Positions 38,119 through 51,860 of a stretch of DNA of 64,000 nucleotides are shown here, one piece after another. The notes beneath the pieces were generated by a model that saw only the letters and a list, made by a program, of their open reading frames with translations, did no database searches and was not told where the DNA came from. Source of the DNA: Octopus bimaculoides (Eukaryota); contig NC_068986.1 of the NCBI RefSeq assembly GCF_001194135.2, positions 97,460,986-97,524,985 on the forward strand. Direction: 5' to 3'. Each line of letters begins with the position of its first letter. Positions within the stretch are counted from its first letter, which is position 1. The translations under genes and the position numbers were made by a program.

Positions 38119-38772
38119 GCATACACACATGCACATCTGTCTAAGTATATGCATGTGTACATATAAATGTACATATATATGTATATATGTATGTGAGCGC
38201 GCGCGTAAATGTCCGCATATGTGTGAGTGTATATGTATGAATATATATAGATGTATATGTGTGAAGGACCATATATGTGCACGTATGTGTCGATTCTTAA
38301 AGGTTTGCTAATGAACAGTACAAAGAAATTGAATAGCAACTCCTTTACAACGGCAACCACTTTTGGAGTAGTAGAATCACAATCCCACTGCATCTACACA
38401 TTCATATCAGCTTGCCAACGGTCCTTCGGTGACTACACACTTTGAAAACCCAGTGGCTACTACTAGCTTCAGGCCACAACAGGCAGAAAGGATGCTCTCG
38501 AAGCTGAGAAGTTGAACTTACGGAGAAAATATTAATATATCGCCTGAGGAAACACAACTAGATATCAAAATACAGGGAAACGATTGCATAAACAAGTACC
38601 TGCACACCTGGAGAACTACGCTGCATAGAAACAATTGTAGTGATTGAAGATAAATGTCCTACAGTATTGCGTCTCGTTGACTAATTTTCTCACTTATCTA
38701 TTCACACTTGACAGAAGCCCAAACGCAAATCTGAAAGTACATATAATACTACTTCTGGATAGCATATATACA

Positions 38773-38804
<32 letters not shown>

Positions 38805-39238
38805 GGTGTGTGTGTGTGATACATTTTGGGAATTGGTTCTCGATGTACATATACAGCTATATACAATATTATGTACATGTTGGATTGAAAACATATATTT
38901 TAATAAACTAGGAGAAAAGAGATTTACATATGAAAGATTTGTTATACAGTTATACAGTGTCTGAGCACTTCACGGATACATATACCTTTTTTTCCTAGTT
39001 CTCAGAGAGGTTTAGTTTTACTTAAAATTGTGACAAGGCTGGCCAACTGAGTAAGAGGTACAACTCGTATTTGACCCCTGAGGTTTATGGAGGAACGTAA
39101 AATAAAGCGTCTTGCTAAAGGACAAGATATACCACCAGTAACCTAACCCGCATCTTTACGATTCTGAGCCGAATATTCTAACCACCGAATCTTACTCCTA
39201 CATATATGTATGACTATCTATCTATGTATGTATGTATG

Positions 39239-39313
<75 letters not shown>

Positions 39314-39349
39314 TTATCTATCTATCTATCTAGCTATCTATCTATGTAC

Positions 39350-39458
39350 AGACATATATCTACACATACATATATCTACACATATATATCTACACATACA
39401 TATATCTACACATACATATATCTACACATACATATATCTACACATACATATATCTAGA
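39350..39458. repeat. 16-bp minisatellite (atatatctacacatac)n, about 6-7 units
   Basis: Directly visible tandem units. Confidence 0.85.
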
Positions 39459-39944
39459 CATACATACGCATCATCAAGCGCACGCACGTGCACACCCACT
39501 CACGCAGTCTTATGTTGGACGCTTCATTAAAACATGACATGGAAATACAAGTAATCATTAAAGTACACACTGATGCTACAATTCTTATTTATTGTCCCTA
39601 CTAACTATGGCGCTTACATCTCTGATGTGTACCACAACACATGTCATTTTCAGCTAAGCGAATAATAGCAGACCAACAATGCCGCTTAGCCGAACAATCA
39701 TGCAAGATAATATACTTATTGTGTGCTTTATGAAAAATCTACTTTGCTAAACTGTTTCCATGACATGCAGAATCAAATTTATCTCCAAAAGTCGGTCCAA
39801 AAGTCGGTCAGTTAGAAGAATTTGCACATCATCAAACAATTTTATTCTGTATTTCGTTAGATTTCCCAAAGACTTGAGTTCAAATATTTCGGTTAACAAA
39901 ATCTTTTGTCATACACACAAATTCGAATATATCTTTCCATAAAG

Positions 39945-40395
39945 AATTCCAGCCATGTTTCGTGGTTCGCTAACTCAACAGCTCCTTTATAGGATCCAAT
40001 GTCTAAGGACATCTTCAGGAGGAACAACGTCCGGTTTCATCCCCCACTCCTCTGCCATTTTGCTGAAGCTTAGATTATGTCACGTGACAGATAGCTGGGG
40101 CTGGCTGCTGGAGGCTACTGGCGAGTAGTTAAATGGAAATTTGTCAGGTTGGTTATTCGCCCAGTGACATTCGTTGAAACTGCATGTAAGAAATCAAAGA
40201 ACAAAAATAGAACGAACAAAAAACACACTCAACACCAGAGCTGAAGATAGCTCTGAAAGTGATGGCCCCGCCACGACAGAAAACAATAGAAGAATACGGC
40301 CGAAAGCGGACGTGGTTACTCCTGATGATGTCCTTAGCCACTGGATCCTATAACGGAATTGTTGAGTTAGCGAATCACGAAACGTGGCTGGAATT
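39945..40395. mobile_element. 94-bp inverted repeats (39945-40038 and 40302-40395) with HHR-like cores and a 263-bp spacer
   Basis: The left arm aattccagccatgtttcgtggttcgctaactcaac...ggacatcttcaggag matches the reverse complement of the right arm; CTGATGA at 40322-40328 and GAAACGT at 40379-40385. Confidence 0.8.
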
Positions 40396-40464
40396 TTTCA
40401 AGAGTTAGTCAGCAGTAAATGCGTAAGTACGTACACGTACGTGCACACTAAAAATATCCATCCC

Positions 40465-40500
<36 letters not shown>

Positions 40501-40504
40501 CCTA

Positions 40505-40550
<46 letters not shown>

Positions 40551-40624
40551 CGTCTGTCTGTCTATCTATCTATCACACACATACACACACGCACGTACAC
40601 ACACGCACGCACACACACGCATAC

Positions 40625-40665
<41 letters not shown>

Positions 40666-41765
40666 NNNNNNNNNNNNNNNNNNNNNNNNNNNNNNNNNNN
40701 NNNNNNNNNNNNNNNNNNNNNNNNNNNNNNNNNNNNNNNNNNNNNNNNNNNNNNNNNNNNNNNNNNNNNNNNNNNNNNNNNNNNNNNNNNNNNNNNNNNN
40801 NNNNNNNNNNNNNNNNNNNNNNNNNNNNNNNNNNNNNNNNNNNNNNNNNNNNNNNNNNNNNNNNNNNNNNNNNNNNNNNNNNNNNNNNNNNNNNNNNNNN
40901 NNNNNNNNNNNNNNNNNNNNNNNNNNNNNNNNNNNNNNNNNNNNNNNNNNNNNNNNNNNNNNNNNNNNNNNNNNNNNNNNNNNNNNNNNNNNNNNNNNNN
41001 NNNNNNNNNNNNNNNNNNNNNNNNNNNNNNNNNNNNNNNNNNNNNNNNNNNNNNNNNNNNNNNNNNNNNNNNNNNNNNNNNNNNNNNNNNNNNNNNNNNN
41101 NNNNNNNNNNNNNNNNNNNNNNNNNNNNNNNNNNNNNNNNNNNNNNNNNNNNNNNNNNNNNNNNNNNNNNNNNNNNNNNNNNNNNNNNNNNNNNNNNNNN
41201 TATATATATATATATATATATACATATATATGTATGTATGTATGTATGTATGTGTATTTAGAGAGAGTGAGAGAGAAGTTGAGAGATTGAGAGAGAGAGA
41301 AATAACCAATGTATGTACATACTAGGAAACATCTAAGGTAATTACAAGCCCAATAAATAATAGGCTGTTAAATTACAACACTGAACATTATTGTAATAAA
41401 TCTGGGTGGAATGGCTTGCATGTATATAGATAATCAAATAAAAATATTTATTAAACCACGTAATTTGAATTAAAAGACTAAGAAAAAAAAACTGAAAGAA
41501 AAATTGTGAAAATTGTTTAATTTAATTAGGCTCACAATGTGTTTCTTTAGCAATAAATATCATGAATTCCACATTACGGAATTAAGATATGTAATTAAGT
41601 GATTTAAATAAATTAAAACATAGTTAAATTAAAGCGATGTTGATCCTAGATCATCAAACACATTATGAGTTACGTTTTTCAGAAACCGTTACAGTTAAAA
41701 ATCCAGACGCGACAAAAAGAAAACGAGAGGCAATCAAGCTATACATTACATTGTATAACATACAT

Positions 41766-41950
41766 AAGGCGAGCAGGCGAAACGCTTAGAGGTATTGTGA
41801 CTGAGTTCTGAGTTCAAATTCGGCCCAGATCGAATTTTCCTTTCATCTTTTCGGGGTCGATAAATTAAGTACCAGTTACGTCTTGGGGTCGATTTAATCG
41901 ACTGGCAACCTCCCCCTGCAAAATTTCAGACCTTGTGCCTATAGTAGAAA
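41766..41950 (+). mobile_element. SINE family A
   Basis: gagttcaaatt box B; ttcctttcatcttttcggggtcgataaattaagtaccagt core; aaaatttcagaccttgtgcctatagtagaaagg tail. Confidence 0.85.
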
Positions 41951-42532
41951 GGAGTGTATTGCATACGTACATGCATACATACCTGCATACATGCAAATTT
42001 ATATGTATAGACGCACATCCATATATNNNNNNNNNNNNNNNNNNNNNNNNNNNNNNNNNNNNNNNNNNNNNNNNNNNNNNNNNNNNNNNNNNNNNNNNNN
42101 NNNNNNNNNNNNNNNNNNNNNNNNNNNNNNNNNNNNNNNNNNNNNNNNNNNNNNNNNNNNNNNNNNNNNNNNNNNNNNNNNNNNNNNNNNNNNNNNNNNN
42201 NNNNNNNNNNNNNNNNNNNNNNNNNNNNNNNNNNNNNNNNNNNNNNNNNNNNNNNNNNNNNNNNNNNNNNNNNNNNNNNNNNNNNNNNNNNNNNNNNNNN
42301 NNNNNNNNNNNNNNNNNNNNNNNNNNNNNNNNNNNNNNNNNNNNNNNNNNNNNNNNNNNNNNNNNNNNNNNNNNNNNNNNNNNNNNNNNNNNNNNNNNNN
42401 NNNNNNNNNNNNNNNNNNNNNNNNNNNNNNNNNNNNNNNNNNNNNNNNNNNNNNNNNNNNNNNNNNNNNNNNNNNNNNNNNNNNNNNNNNNNNNNNNNNN
42501 NNNNNNNNNNNNNNNNNNNNNNNNNNNNNNNN

Positions 42533-42563
<31 letters not shown>

Positions 42564-43271
42564 TCGTATATCGGTCTGTTTATATATGTTTGTTTGTTTG
42601 TTTATGTCTGACTATATGGTGTATATGTATGTATGTAAGTATGTATGTATGTATGTATGTATGTTTGTATGTATGTATGTGTCATGTGGCTTTGTTAATG
42701 GTGCAATTTGCTGAGTAATGGAAATGAACACGAAATCGCATACTCGGAAACGAATATAGATATTCAAATTCATAAAGACACACGAACACCGAGACCCACC
42801 CCACACACAAATACAAAGACTTTTCCCCCTCATATATAAGTATATGTATTGTTATTCCTAATCTGATAAATTTGACATTTACACTATAAACATCTTGCAC
42901 TTCCCAAGTGTCAACATTATCAGATTAAGAAAAATATATACGCTGGTTATAATCGGTTTTGTGTTGGGTACTTTTTCACTGATATTGAAACATCTGTGCT
43001 TACCACCACAGACGTAACTATGTAAAAATACATTTACATACACACGTACATACATACATACATACATACATACATACACACATATATACATACATATATA
43101 CATATGTACGTACATACATATGTAATACATTCTACATACATACACACACACTTATATATATATATATAAATATATATACATACAGATAGATAGATTAATA
43201 TATCCATACATAATATAGTAATACAGTGTATAAGAAAACGTAAGTGGTGATGATAAAGATATGTGCTTGTA

Positions 43272-43330
<59 letters not shown>

Positions 43331-44311
43331 NNNNNNNNNNNNNNNNNNNNNNNNNNNNNNNNNNNNNNNNNNNNNNNNNNNNNNNNNNNNNNNNNNNNNN
43401 NNNNNNNNNNNNNNNNNNNNNNNNNNNNNNNNNNNNNNNNNNNNNNNNNNNNNNNNNNNNNNNNNNNNNNNNNNNNNNNNNNNNNNNNNNNNNNNNATAT
43501 CTGCCAATATTGTTTTTTCCTGTCCTTTTTAGTATCTTCTGTGCGGGTGTTTGTTGTCGCCTGTTACATTCTTGTTCCATTTTTTGTTTTCTTTTTTTTA
43601 TATATCCATATAGCGGCGTACGTACACTTTTGGTCTCCTGTATCTAAGTACATGTATATATATCTAAATTTTTCTACTTTTCTTTTTCTCGCTCCCCCTC
43701 TCTCACATTCCTTAACCTTCCCTTCATTCTCACTTTCCCTCCTCTTTTACCTCGCTCTGTGCCTGTCTTTTCTTTTTCTCACTTTCTCGTCCCACTCTAA
43801 TTCCTCAATCACTCTGCCTCTACCTCTCTCCTCTCCTTCCACGTGTCCAGTATTCCGCCAAGCATGAACTTATCTTCTTGGTTCGACTGCCATCCGTGTA
43901 GCATCTCTTACATTCCTTCCCATGACTTTCATCTCTTATGTTCCTGCCATAAGGCTTCACCTCCACAGACGCCAGCTTACTTAATTTGTCCTTAGCCGAA
44001 AGACACCTGTTGTTTGTATTAGTAATTGTGTACAATTTCTACGTCTTTTTCGTCCTTGCTTTACGTATACATTCGCTTGCTTTCATTCAAGGAGTCTAGT
44101 GCTCTTAGCCTAAATTTTCTTGGGGCCTGCCAGATTGGAGCAGTTGCGAGTGTAACCGGCCGAAACTGCAAATACGATCTGGAACTCGACTGAGGATAGG
44201 GAGCTCCGAATGGCCAGTCTTTGTTTTTTCTTGTCTTTTTTTGTATAGTCTAACTTCCGGATGTTTTGTTGTAGCATGTTACGTTCTTGTTCGATTTTTT
44301 GTTTTCTCATT

Positions 44312-44343
<32 letters not shown>

Positions 44344-44415
44344 CACACTCACATATTCACATATACATACGTATATATAAACATATATATATATATATTC
44401 ATATATATATATATA

Positions 44416-44450
<35 letters not shown>

Positions 44451-44802
44451 NNNNNNNNNNNNNNNNNNNNNNNNNNNNNNNNNNNNNNNNNNNNNNNNNN
44501 NNNNNNNNNNNNNNNNNNNNNNNNNNNNNNNNNNNNNNNNNNNNNNNNNNNNNNNNNNNNNNNNNNNNNNNNNNNNNNNNNNNNNNNNNNNNNNNNNNNN
44601 NNNNNNNNNNNNNNNNNNNNNNNNNNNNNNNNNNNNNNNNNNNNNNNNNNNNNNNNNNNNNNNNNNNNNNNNNNNNNNNNNNNNNNNNNNNNNNNNNNNN
44701 NNNNNNNNNNNNNNNNNNNNNNNNNNNNNNNNNNNNNNNNNNNNNNNNNNNNNNNNNNNNNNNNNNNNNNNNNNNNNNNNNNNNNNNNNNNNNNNNNNNN
44801 NN

Positions 44803-44866
<64 letters not shown>

Positions 44867-45537
44867 TGTGTATGTGTGTGAGTGGGTGTGGGTGTGTATG
44901 TATGTAGCTGCACCCACACGCATACATATCCATACATTTATGTAATACTTCTTCATGTAGCATTTCCGATTCTAATCCTGTACCGAATAATAACAACGTT
45001 TATGAGACGACAAAGTCAATTAGTTGTTAACTACATAGAAAAAAACCACCGAGAAGGCTGAAATAAATATCGGCGCTATAATTCGAAACCTTCAGAACAT
45101 TCAACGCTTCAATTCAATTCAGAAAGTTGAGACCTTAAATGACGTACAGCATGCTGCCCTATGGATTAATTTATGGAAGAAATGCATTATGTAACGTTTC
45201 TTTGAAAATGTAGCATACCATTGTCAATTTTTTGGGGAGCGCATACATTGCTTATATGTTATTATTGGTAAATGCTCTGCTAAGCTGCAATGTTAGCCAA
45301 GAATTATTGGTTTAGCTGAAAATGACATATGTAAAAGCAAGTATTATGGGTATGTGCGTCATATTTTCATTAATTTTCTGGTGAGGTACTAATTATATTT
45401 CTGAGTCTTTGATAAAGATTGTCATTATTTCCATTTTTCAAAATTATAGAAAGTGCATCTTAGATTCGTAAATACACGAACTCTCACGCGCGCGGTTATT
45501 TACAAGCGCAGCGGATACTCTGTGGGAATATATATAT

Positions 45538-45890
45538 ATGCTTCCCAACCACATTTTTCGTTTCAGTCCTACTGCGTGGCATCCTGGACAAGTGTCTTCT
45601 ACTATAGCCTCGGGTCGATCAAAGCCTTGTGATTAGATTTGATAGACGGAAATCGAAGGACGCCTGTTGCAATATGTATGTATGTGTGTGTGTGCGTGTG
45701 TGTGTGCGCTTTTGTGTTTGTCCGCATCACCACTGGACAACCAGTGTCATTTTGATTAGGCCTCTAACCCTAACAGTTCGGCACAAGAGGGCGATATAAT
45801 ACGAAACATGCTTTCATAAATAAATACTCGGTTTGATTCGTTGGACTAAAATCTTTCAACGTATTACTCTAGTTTGGATGCAGTTCCATA
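45538..45890 (+). mobile_element. SINE family B (CORE-domain SINE, OR2-like)
   Basis: ttcagtcc.actgcgtggca.cctggacaagtgtcttctactatagcctcggg...gacggaaa, then an internal (TG)n tract and the family B tail. The cctt/gggcaagt-like core resembles CORE-SINEs. Confidence 0.7.
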
Positions 45891-46191
45891 TTTGGTACGA
45901 AGAAAACTTAACTATGAAATTAAATAAATAACAGAGGAAACGGAAATTACACTATGTACACCATTAGCTAACTGCTGTTTCTGCTATGCATTTCAGCTTT
46001 GCAAATCATTTTGTAAGCTCCGAGGAAGCTATATCATAAAGTGATGCACAAGAATTCAGCTCTGTGTTTACTTCACCTTACCGCAGAAACGGCTGCAAGC
46101 TAATGAATTTCATTACATAATTTTCTGTTTCTTTGTCAGTTTTTTAATTTCATATGACACGCAGTACACTTTTTTTTATTGAAGTATATAA

Positions 46192-46224
<33 letters not shown>

Positions 46225-48673
46225 AACTCACGTATGCATATCTGTTTCATTAAATATACAACAATATTCAAGTTCTATCTTTTTCATTCTATAATTTCCC
46301 TATTGCTATTTAACATTTTGCAGTTATTTTGGAAGAGTAGAGTTCCTAAATACATATTCGATTCTTCTCGAGCTTCATTGCCGCATTAAGAAGAATGTAT
46401 TAGAATATATTTGGCCTCCGGGTTGCTGCTTATATACTGACTGAATTAGTGTAGACTTTCCCGCCAAAGTCTTTTCTCACCGCTTGCATTATGCATTAAC
46501 ATACAGTCATTTGTTGCGCTGAAATAGTGAACATCAGGTGTTAGTTTTGGCATTGTTTGATTTCCATTACACGCTTTCTATTTCTGTGTTGAATTTGATA
46601 AAGTAGATATTTTTCCTTTGGTCGATTCCTCTCTAATTTCTCTTTGTGGTATGTGACGTAATGTTGTGGAGCGGTTCCATATAACAAGTGCATTTTATTA
46701 ACGTCTGCGATTACATTGCTTCCCGTTATCATTAGTCCTGGACCACAATCGTCTTCAGTTTGAAAACAGGAGTTAACACAAAATTAAATTCTATCCTTAT
46801 ATTCCATTAAATTTTGAGTGAACTTTTTAAAAATAAACAATGGCTCTATAGTCAATTAATGTGTGTATACAGTTTTTAAAACCTATATACTTATATACAT
46901 ACATATATGNNNNNNNNNNNNNNNNNNNNNNNNNNNNNNNNNNNNNNNNNNNNNNNNNNNNNNNNNNNNNNNNNNNNNNNNNNNNNNNNNNNNNNNNNNN
47001 NNNNNNNNNNNNNNNNNNNNNNNNNNNNNNNNNNNNNNNNNNNNNNNNNNNNNNNNNNNNNNNNNNNNNNNNNNNNNNNNNNNNNNNNNNNNNNNNNNNN
47101 NNNNNNNNNNNNNNNNNNNNNNNNNNNNNNNNNNNNNNNNNNNNNNNNNNNNNNNNNNNNNNNNNNNNNNNNNNNNNNNNNNNNNNNNNNNNNNNNNNNN
47201 NNNNNNNNNNNNNNNNNNNNNNNNNNNNNNNNNNNNNNNNNNNNNNNNNNNNNNNNNNNNNNNNNNNNNNNNNNNNNNNNNNNNNNNNNNNNNNNNNNNN
47301 NNNNNNNNNNNNNNNNNNNNNNNNNNNNNNNNNNNNNNNNNNNNNNNNNNNNNNNNNNNNNNNNNNNNNNNNNNNNNNNNNNNNNNNNNNNNNNNNNNNN
47401 NNNNNNNNNNNNNNNTATACATATATGTATGCATGCATGTATTTCTGCATGAATGTATGTATGTAAGTATGTATGTACGTCTATATGTATTTATCTATGT
47501 GAGTATGTATATTTGTGTGTGCATGTGTTATGAGTATACGATTTTTATGAATATTAATCTACGCCTCTAATGTCCATCATTCTTCTCAACACTGTAATCT
47601 GTTGCGTCTTACAAATACTTGTTTCGCCTTCCTACCACCACTTCCCTGCCTTTCTTCTTTCCTGGTCATTTTCATTAACTATTATTGTTGTCCAGCTATA
47701 ATTGCTTTTCCACCACCCATAATAATCATTGCATCTTTTTATCTTGACGGGTTCCGATCGATGCGTTAGAATTTACTCATTCCTCAGTTCACAATATATT
47801 ACTCCACTCTGTGGACATTGTGTATTATATATCATCTGCTGACACGAAAGTAAATACGCCTTACCAAATAGGTTTAACAAATATATGAATATATAGTCCA
47901 CTTGAAACACCAGTAGATTATGTTACCGGTTTGTATAACATTTGTAATGTATCTACATCGGTAAACAAAACGTTTGTATGCACACATTATAAATGTTACA
48001 TACATCCATAATTACTGTTGTCTTTTATATATTCTAATTGGCTGCAAAATTTCGTTGTACTTGCAGGATCATTCAAGTTTCCATAGTGAACTTCCGCACA
48101 TTAACACTAATAGATTTCCCTATGTACTAATTTCAGTCCTCATCTGGAAGTATTTTCCTCTTCCTTTTTTTATTTCTGCATCAGTAAAATAAACTCTAGT
48201 CAAGATCTAATAGAATTAAATATTGTTTATTAGAACTCTGGCATGGCTGCAAACTAGAAAATGCTTCCAAACGATATTGCAGCAGGGCAGAAGGATTACT
48301 TCGCCCTACCGTAGCAGCACACTAGTGCTGCATTCCTCCGATCTTTAAAAGCTAGCAACGGAGGAATCCGCATAACGACTTCCGCGCAGAGTAACAACGC
48401 GCGCTTTTCAAGAGCATTTATCCAGTCGCTGTCTAAATGTCGGAACGTTAACAGCAAGTTCCCTTTTGTCGCTGTTTTGCTTTATCCCATTCGGATACAG
48501 TCACTAAACTATCGACGAGCTTGTGGCTCGTCTAGCTCGACACACTACGGATCCTTAAGAGTTGCTGCTGAGCTGTGGAATGGGGTGCAACATATTTGGC
48601 CAGTCTGTCAGAGAAGATTTCTTCACACGTATTGAACAGCCCGGCGTTATTTTATTACCTTCACTCATTAAAG

Positions 48674-48985
48674 TGGAGGCGCAATGGCCCAGTGGTTAGG
48701 ACAGCGGACGCGCGGTCATAGGATCGCGGTTTCTATTCCCAGACCCGGCAGGGGATGATGGCGAACCATGCTGTACTCTTTCACCACAAATTTCTCTCAC
48801 TCCTTCTTCCTGTTTCTGTTGTACCTGTATTTCAAAGGGCCAGCTTTGTCACAGAACTACGTTAAGGGTACACGTGTCTGTGGAGTGCTCAGCTACTTGC
48901 ACGTTATTTCACGAGCAGGCTGTTCTGTTGATCGGATCAACTGGAACCCTCGACGTTATAAGCGACGGAGTGCCAACAACAACAA
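48674..48985 (+). mobile_element. SINE family C with 12-bp TSD
   Basis: tRNA-like head tggcccagtggttagg...ggtttctattccc and (AAC)n tail; cactcattaaag at 48662-48673 and 48986-48997; homologous to 63714-64000. Confidence 0.9.
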
Positions 48986-49899
48986 CACTCATTAAAGCAA
49001 CTTACTTTCAGATCGGCCGCTGTTTGATATAAGGCATTCAACTACCCATTAACAATTTATATGGTTTTACCATTTAATTCCAGTAAGTGACTTAATTGCA
49101 TACAAAAAACACAAGTGGGATTTTACACGCACGCTACATAGCATACTACATACACACTTGTATGCACACAGATTAATTTTCACTTTTAACACTAAATTTG
49201 CAAACGGCCATTTACTTGGTTACTCCAGATGGACTATATGCTCTTAATAACTTTTCTGTAGATACCATCTCACATATTTAGTACTTAATATATCTAAGAC
49301 TACATTATAGAATATGGCTATTGTTTTGTTGTAAAGGCAGAGTATGTTTGAGGGATATATGACTGCTATTTCCCGTATCTTCAAGAATCGGGTAAATGCC
49401 TGGCGCTTTTACATGTTATCAAATATATAGTTTCTAGGACTTCATCATTGAATGAATTCTCCCATTTCCTAGCATTTTATGACATGCTTTGGAGAAGATT
49501 TTACTAGTATTCTCGGGAAGTCGAGCGGCCACGTAAAATGTTTACGATGATATCAATGAAAAACTAGGTTAGCACAGTTTCCTTGGAAATGAAATACAAC
49601 AAATGGAATCAAAATATAGCCAAGGCAATAAATGGCTTTTCAGCAACATTAGGACAAATATTAAATGGATAAGTATTAATTCTTATACACGTATCACATT
49701 TGATATGAAGTGAAACACTTGTTACGACGTTGGCTTTGAATCCTTTTAGTTACATAATGTAGAAAACATAATTCATATTTCCTTTTATCCATTACCTAAT
49801 GCTCGCTTTGAGCTTCTATAAAACGATGATGCATTCACCAATTTATACCAATTTTATGCGTTGCTTTTAGGTTTCTAAAATATATTATAATTTACTCGG

Positions 49900-49945
<46 letters not shown>

Positions 49946-50074
49946 NNNNNNNNNNTCATCATCATCATCATCATCATTGGTTGATTGATTGATAGAATGA
50001 CGTGTGCGGACGTGTTATTGAAATTTCCAAGAATCATGGATTAATAATAAGATTAACTGAATGAAAATGTATGC

Positions 50075-50122
<48 letters not shown>

Positions 50123-50138
50123 CATCATCATCATCATC

Positions 50139-50259
50139 AGCACGCCGAACGAAATGCTTAGCGATATTTCGTCTGCTGCTACGTCTTAAGTTCAAATTTC
50201 GCCGAGGTTGACTTTACCTTTCATCCTTCCGAGATCAATAAATTAAGTGCCAGTGATAC
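50139..50259 (+). mobile_element. SINE family A, runs into a gap
   Basis: agttcaaatttcgccgaggttgactttacctttcatccttccgagatcaataaattaagtgccagt. Confidence 0.8.
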
Positions 50260-50754
50260 NNNNNNNNNNNNNNNNNNNNNNNNNNNNNNNNNNNNNNNNN
50301 NNNNNNNNNNNNNNNNNNNNNNNNNNNNNNNNNNNNNNNNNNNNNNNNNNNNNNNNNNNNNNNNNNNNNNNNNNNNNNNNNNNNNNNNNNNNNNNNNNNN
50401 NNNNNNNNNNNNNNNNNNNNNNNNNNNNNNNNNNNNNNNNNNNNNNNNNNNNNNNNNNNNNNNNNNNNNNNNNNNNNNNNNNNNNNNNNNNNNNNNNNNN
50501 NNNNNNNNNNNNNNNNNNNNNNNNNNNNNNNNNNNNNNNNNNNNNNNNNNNNNNNNNNNNNNNNNNNNNNNNNNNNNNNNNNNNNNNNNNNNNNNNNNNN
50601 NNNNNNNCTTCTTCTTCTTCTTCTTCTTCTTCTTCTTCTTCTTCTTCTTCTCCTTCTTCTTCTTCTTCTTCTTCTTCTTCTTCTTCTTCTTCTTCTTCTT
50701 CTTCTTCTTCTTCTTCTTTTTCTCACCACCACTACCTCCATCACGCCACCATTA

Positions 50755-51860
50755 CATTCGTTGGGTATATCACAATATTTCTCATTATTTTTTCGACTTC
50801 TTTGGTATTGGCTTTGCTGTCAGAGGGAATTGCAAAATCTATGATCTTGTACTCTTTGTCTATTTTATCCTCTTTGATCTTCTCCGGTCTTCTTATTTCA
50901 ATAGTATGGTCAGTGTTTATCGGGAAATATCACAAGATCTTGAAATTCTCATTTTTTGTCACAGCCTCTCGTTAGTGTTCATAACATTTTTCTGTTGTTT
51001 TGAAGCCACCAACTCGACCAATATCCCGATGAACTATTTCGCCTACACAGTCATGTCTGCGCTTATACTGCACTCACTCAAAGCACCATTGGTACTCTGC
51101 TGTCCTTTCCAGCAGATTCTACATTTTCTGTCTTGCTGAGTTTTGTCGATCTTTACTTTTATTAGATTTGTTCTAATGGTCTGTTCCTGTGCGAGTATAA
51201 TAAGCGTTTGTGTCTCTCGTTTCAAGTTCCTGACTATCAGCCAGAGCCAACGATCTTTACTTCCAGCATACTCGGTTTATTGAATAAATTGGCCATGCTG
51301 CTTCATTTCTTTGCATCTATTTATTCTTTTGTCCGTCCTTTACTGTTTGAATTCTCCTACAGTTTCTGTTACTTTTTGGGTATCTCTGGCTGCCCAAAGT
51401 ACTCTTTCATTACTCTACACAACATAATTTTTCAGAGCCGGTATTGCCCATTAAGAGTATCTTGTGTGTTTAGAAATCCTCCGAAACGTATATTTCTTGG
51501 TAGGTAGGGTCGATCGGTATTGCTTTTAGAGTGAGCTGACTAATGCATTGTGAGCAGTTTTCTAGTTCTTCTGTTCGAGTTCTGTAGCTCGATATTTGTC
51601 CATTTTAGAAAGGGAGCAGAGTATCTCAATACTGGCATAACCCACGTATTCATGGCTCTAATGATTGTTCCCGCCATTTAATTTTGTTTCGAAGATCTTC
51701 AAAATTCTTTTGTACTCTTTACTGACTTTCTCATTTTCAGATTCCGGCTTGAGACCAGAGCCTGTGAGCCTCTGGTGAGTAAGGGTCTAGTCAAACCAGA
51801 GCCCTTGACACCAACCAATGATTTGCCATGCTTTTACTACCATTTCATCTAGTGTATAGG
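50755..51860 (-). mobile_element. R4/Dong-type RLE non-LTR retrotransposon, 3' part (post-RT, CCHC knuckle, RLE)
   Basis: KRETQTLIILAQEQTIRTNLIKVKIDKTQQDRKCRICW; an RPDI...DKE...IIDFAIP...KETEK.EKYQ pattern is readable on the - strand at about 50790-50900. Confidence 0.85.

Noticed and set aside
48250-48600. CpG-rich segment as regulatory island or exon
   Set aside because: Weakly resembles a LINE C-terminus (RFSRAFIQ...); cannot be assigned either way.
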